From the NCBI RefSeq assembly GCF_902459465.1, contig NC_047062.1, positions 16,058,001 to 16,122,000 of the forward strand: a stretch of DNA of 64,000 nt. The letters run 5' to 3'. A model generated the notes under the pieces. That model had not been told where the DNA came from. It searched no databases and was given only the letters and a program-made list of their open reading frames with translations. Position numbers and translations under genes: made by a program. The DNA is from Asterias rubens (taxonomy: Eukaryota). Numbering within the stretch: position 1 is the first letter of the stretch; each line of letters begins with the position of its first letter. Below, one piece after another: positions 53,301 through 59,300 of this stretch.

Positions 53301-56300
53301 CCAAAATGCATTCCTGGTAATTGTGGTATTAATACCAATTCTCACTTAAATCATGACAAACAATTATTTATCATCCAGTTGATATTTTTTTTTTTTTTTT
53401 CTTTTCTTATTAAAGCTGAGAATGGAAATAGTTGCACCAGTGTGCCAGGTATTTGTGGTAACGGTACCTGTGTACCTAACGGTGAGGATCATGACTGCGA
53501 ATGCCCGGACGGAGAAAGATTTAGCTGGCAGAGTAATCACTGTCAAGGTAAAAAAATCATCTCAAACTCAATGCCTCCAGAGCCATTTAAGGCGTTCAAA
53601 GTAGAGTTGGAACCCCCACCCCCCCCCCCCCACCCCATGAGAGAACGTACTTGATGTAAAAACCACCAGTGATACTTATAGTAACATTATATCTTTATAT
53701 TTGTGTCTGTTCCAGCTATAGAGGGAGCCCCCTTTGTTTCTTTCAGGCACTAGGCAGTCCGTCAGGATCTTGCTGGTTCATGTCTTTTCTATTTGGCATT
53801 TTTATGTTCTTGCTCAAGAAATTATATAAATATGTATATATTTTTTAATGTCACACAATATTTTTATCTGCCTAGCTACCTGGGCCCAATTTCATAGCTC
53901 AAAGATTTGCTAAAGACAACAGAGTTATGTTTTCTAGAAAAAGGACGCCAGCTAAAATACCATGTCATTAATATGTACAATTTGTGACTGGTATCATTAC
54001 CACTTAGTATCAAATTGATTTATAAGCACTATTTTCTGCTTAAGCAGCTCGGTGAAATTGGCCCCTGGTAAAAAGGTAGACTTCCTAACTTCAATCATTT
54101 AGCCTTTTTTAACACCCTCCCCCACTTCGATTGATAACAAATATTTCTTATTGGAGTATTTAAGTGTATCTTTGTATTCTGATTGTGTATAAAGTTTGTG
54201 ATTGGTTTTTAATCATTGGCTCAAGTTTTGTTGTTAGACTCTGCTGTTTTGTATGTATTTTTCTTGTTGCTGCATGTATTTTTTTGAGATCTCATTGTGC
54301 CATTCTCTCTTTATTTCAATTGCTAGTTAAATATTTCATGCCCATTGTCCTTTTAGACTTTTATACCAGTCGCATTTCCATTGTTTTGTACATATCTTTT
54401 TGTCTCAATGTTTTCAAATGTGTTCAGCTAAATCTTTTGCATTGTAGTTTTTAAGAAATTTTAAAGAAATTTGTACTTTGTATCAAGTGTATTTAATCCA
54501 ACCGGTTTTATATTCAGGTTGCTAATAAAACTGCTACTCTATTTCTCTTCTATAACCATTCTAATCTAAAATGTTGGGTTTTTTTTACTGTAGATATCAA
54601 TGAATGTGCAGAGTTCCCTAGAATCTGTGGCCAGGCTAACTGCATCAATAAGTATGGAGACTACAGCTGTTCTTGTATTGAAGGCTATGAACACGATGCA
54701 TCATCTAGATCATGTATTGGTTAGTTACAGTTAATCATCTCCCACCAAGCAGAGTTGTTATCTTATTCAAGCCCCCTTTCCCCAACTTCGATAAATTTCT
54801 TCCTATTTAGGTCAGGTTTCTGATTTAGTTTGTTGTCCGTTTGTTTGGTTGATTTTGGGTTTGTTTTGAGGGATGTTTGGGGAAAGAGGTAATCAAATAT
54901 TAAAATCTCTAGACCTAAAGCCTTTTATTAGCCATCTGAAAGCACACAAATTTGTGCAACAAGGGTGTTGTTTCTTTTATTATTCTCTTGCAACTTCGAT
55001 GACCAATTGAGTTAAAATTTTCACAGGTTTGTTATTTTATGCATATGTTGAGATAAACCAAGTGAGAATACTGGTCTTTGACAATTACCAATAGTGTCCA
55101 GTGTCTTTTAAGAGGAACGGTTTCCCGATCCATCACCAAACAAACTATTCTTTTTGTTTTATAAATTGTTTCATTAATGATCCCCAAACTGTTGTCTTCC
55201 AAAATTAATCATTCAGCTGTTTTTGTCTCTCTGCCCACAGATATAGATGAATGTTCAGTGAACGAGGACATATGTAATAATGGGTTATGCGTGAATGAGG
55301 ATGGCGGGTTCCTGTGCATCTGCCCTGCACGCTCAGCCTTTGACTACAACACCATGTTCTGTGTGCCAACAGGTAGAATTTGAAAGGAATATTTTCTAGA
55401 ATTGCAAAGGTCATGGGTTCGAATCCCGACCGAGTAATATGCCTGTGGATTTTTCTTCACAGAACTCAGGAGTATGAGTATACAGTGTTAACACACATCG
55501 GTGTTAGGGTGAAACCAAAATTATAATCCATTAAATCAGTCTGGTACCCACTGCTACCACATAGGATTCATACTGCCTCTAGCCACCGAGCGTGGTCCTA
55601 GCTCGGTGGTCCAGTGGTAAACATCTGCTCTAGCAGTGCAAAGGTCTGAGGTTCAATCCCACCCGAGTGCCTGTGGATTTGTTTTTCTCATGACTGTGGG
55701 GAAAATACTGAGTAAACAGTGCATTTCAAACCGGCTTATGGTAGAAACAAGTAATATTCTTTATCCCCAATGCAAATCTAACATCTGTTTAAAGATGTAT
55801 TTTAATCTTATTTGTTTTATTCTTAATGCAATGTCTTTTTTCATTTCTGTATCAAAAATCCATCATATGGTTTTTACTTGAATTTGATGGGACTTGGTAC
55901 CAAAAACAACACCCTTAGCATGAGGCCAAGTGCATCGAAGAATTCTGAATTGCACAAACATCAAAATACAATGCGAGGCAAAAGGGAAACCCCAAACATG
56001 CCCCCAGGCCCACTGTGTCTGATCACACATCAGAATAAATTTTAAAAAAGACAACATAAAAGAACAGTAACACAACTGTAACAAATATTCCTCTGTCCAT
56101 TCAGGTGACCCCAACTCATTACCAGAGCCCCCTAGACGCGCTTTCACCGGCGGTAACACGGAGAGTATCAATGAATGTAACCAAACACCCAGCCCATGCA
56201 CCGATGGAATATGCATTGATACCGATGCAGGATTCAGATGCCAATGCACCGACGGGTATCGACTGATTGAGGACGAGAACCGATGTGTTGGTGAGTCACA

Positions 56301-59300
56301 TGTTACTTTTCAAAACAAAAATTGACTTGGTTTCAAAAAGGGCAAATGTTGTCAAGGATTGGGAGGTTGCCTTATTTTCGAAAATGGTGTTATTTCGGCA
56401 GAGGTGTAGCACAGTAAGACGAAAGAAAACTTGGGACAGAAAAAGCAAAACAAAAACTTTTCAGGATCATTTGTCAGTTTGAAGTCCTGCACCACAAGTG
56501 TATGTTTTTAAACTTACTGATGGAGTCAAGGCCGAGGTCTTAGCCCAAGACGGTTTCAAAAAGGGCCTTTACATGACACATTTTGACACTTATTGTTTTC
56601 ATGAAAGTAAAGAACTGTGTGGTTAAATTTTAACAACTTTGATATTTTTTTGTCATAAAGTCTATCACTTATTCAATCGTTTCTTCATTCACAAAACATT
56701 TCAAAGCCTGCAGTGAATTTATAAACATTAAATGATACATATTTCCTTTTCATCCTTCATTTCTGAATTTATTTCCATCTTTAAAAACTCACTGTGTTAA
56801 TTGAATATGCTAATCTGTATTGTTGATTTGGCCTGGTCTTTGGCTTGGTTCCTTCCTGTATAAAAGTTTTATCTGTTGTATATTCTGCATTTTGCTTTTA
56901 CGTCTATGTACACAAAAGAACTTTTTTTGTTTAATGACACATGTTTCCTTTTACAGGCTTCCATGTTTCTGTTGTTGTAAAATTCTGTGTTAGCTTTTGT
57001 AGTCCAGATTTTGTTAACAGAGTGCTTCTCGTTTAACGTTTTAAAGTGCTTGTTTTAGTCCTTTTTAAATTTGTTCCGTCGATCATTATTTCCTTCCTTG
57101 TTAAGTGCTTTCTGTTAAATTGTGTACCTTTCTCATATTTTTGTTCTGCTTTTGTTATTGCATTATTTTTGTAAGTTTGTATCTCTGTATTTTGGTGCTG
57201 TTGACCTGGGTTTACTAATCAGTCTTTTAGGACATCAGCACCATAGCACTTGAAAACATACTGGTAGTATTAAGCGCTGTATAAATCATAAATGTATATT
57301 GTTATTACTTTTATTATGCTTTAGATGTTATGCACAATATAAGTTCTATTTATTATTATAGTCATCTTTAAAAACTTTCTATTTTAGTTGAGTATGCTAA
57401 TCAATGCTGTTTGTTTGGCCTAGTCTTTGTCAGTATTTTGAACAAGTCTAAATTTCTCTTTTAAAAGTGGGTGGTTTTTTTCTGGGGTTTTTTGTATAAT
57501 TTGTTTGCTGCAAATGTAAATGCTAAATATGTAATTTAATGTAGGCCTACAATTTATTGGTTTTAAATTTTAAAATTTTAAACTTTATAGCAATCTATCC
57601 CCTAGGCTACAAAGGCTTTTTTTTTTTTTTTATTGAACCAGAAATAACATCAATATATTCTTCAATTTTTTATTTTGTGTCTTCTATCGGTCCTAGATAT
57701 AAATGAATGTGCATCTCAGGAAGAGGTTTGTCTGTATGGTAATTGCATTAATGAGAAGGGCTCCTTCCGTTGTGAATGCAGAGAGCCGCTGACCCTGGAT
57801 AGCACCGGCCGGAGATGTATATGTAAGTAGCAGTAGTTAATCCTTCATGGAGTTTATTTTTTAGACCTTTCTATCACAGCGTCAAAGCCCAAGTTTTTGG
57901 CCAACTGAGGTTGGAAAACTATTGGGAAGTCATAATAAAAAACAAAAACAGATGGCCACAGTTTGTAACAATGCCACACAACTATTCAAAAATATAGTGT
58001 TGAATTTGTTAGAACCAAAGCAACTAATCATGAGAGATGTTTTATTTATTTGAAAGTTTTATTCATTTGAAAGTTTGCAAAAAGTGTTGAATTTTGTCAG
58101 ACATCTGATAACACGATTTAATGTTTTGCTAACATTTGGCCGTACATACCAAACAGCTCGATTTGTTGAAATGTCTATCATGATGCCGCCATCTTGGTCA
58201 AGTTCCCTGTATCCAATAATCAGTAATGAAAGCTAATTTACATTGTACAAGGTACCAGACTACTTTTTCTTGCCTTGGTTTGATTACAATGAGTTGGATT
58301 AAAATAAAATCAAGATGGCAATATCATGGATGAGGTTCAAAGAACTGCTAAATTGGTCTCATAACTCAAAAAGCTGACTTTAAAAGAAATTTAAATAAGC
58401 ACTTTCATACAGTGGTAAATATAAAAACTATATAAAAACTAGTTGTTTTTATTATTTTGTATAAATAAACAACTTCTAAATCGATCTTGTATGTTTAATT
58501 TCCCCCAGCTGTTATCGGTGTGGTCGGTACAGAAAGAGACAATAGAAAGAGTCTTTGCTGGCACAAAACAGATAATCCCGGGTACGAGTCAGTGTGTGGA
58601 ATGATCGTTAATACAGCTCTGACTTACAAGGAATGTTGCTGCTCTGAAGGAGTGGGTTGGGGAACAAGTTGCGACCCTTGCCCTCCCAACGGTGGATGTG
58701 AGTCAATCTTAAACATTTCACTTCACATACTTTGTCTTTTGCACAAACGATAGTGATAAAACTGAAACTTGTAAATTTCTCACCAAATATAAAGAAATCC
58801 TGCTCTCTGCTTTGCTTCTCATGTGCATCGATTTTAAATTGCTACTTTTTGTGTAATTTAATATTTATTTTTAAAACTTTTTTTAATGATGTAAAAATCA
58901 AACTCAATTCAGCCTCCTGAAGGCTGTGAAACTTATTTCTGAAATTAACCAATCAATAATCAATAATAAATATTTATATGAATGTATTCCAAATGAAGAT
59001 GAACAAGGAGTTCTCTGTGAGACTGGTCAGGATCCATCGGGTCAAACTGGCTCAGGACCGGCCGCTGTCCGTGAGTACCCAGACGGCTTCTATCATCCAA
59101 CTGGTGAGGATGGAATATACGCACACGGTTCTGAAGGGACGACCAGCGTAGTGGAGGTGTAAGTTAGCATTCAGTGTTTTTTTCTTGGTTTTGTTGTTGT
59201 TTTGTTGTTGTTTTTTAGGGCATGTCTTGTTTGAGCAGTCTACTGATGGCTGAATGATGTGTGTGGGTGCAATTCCCAGTCATGATAATTGTGTCCTTGA

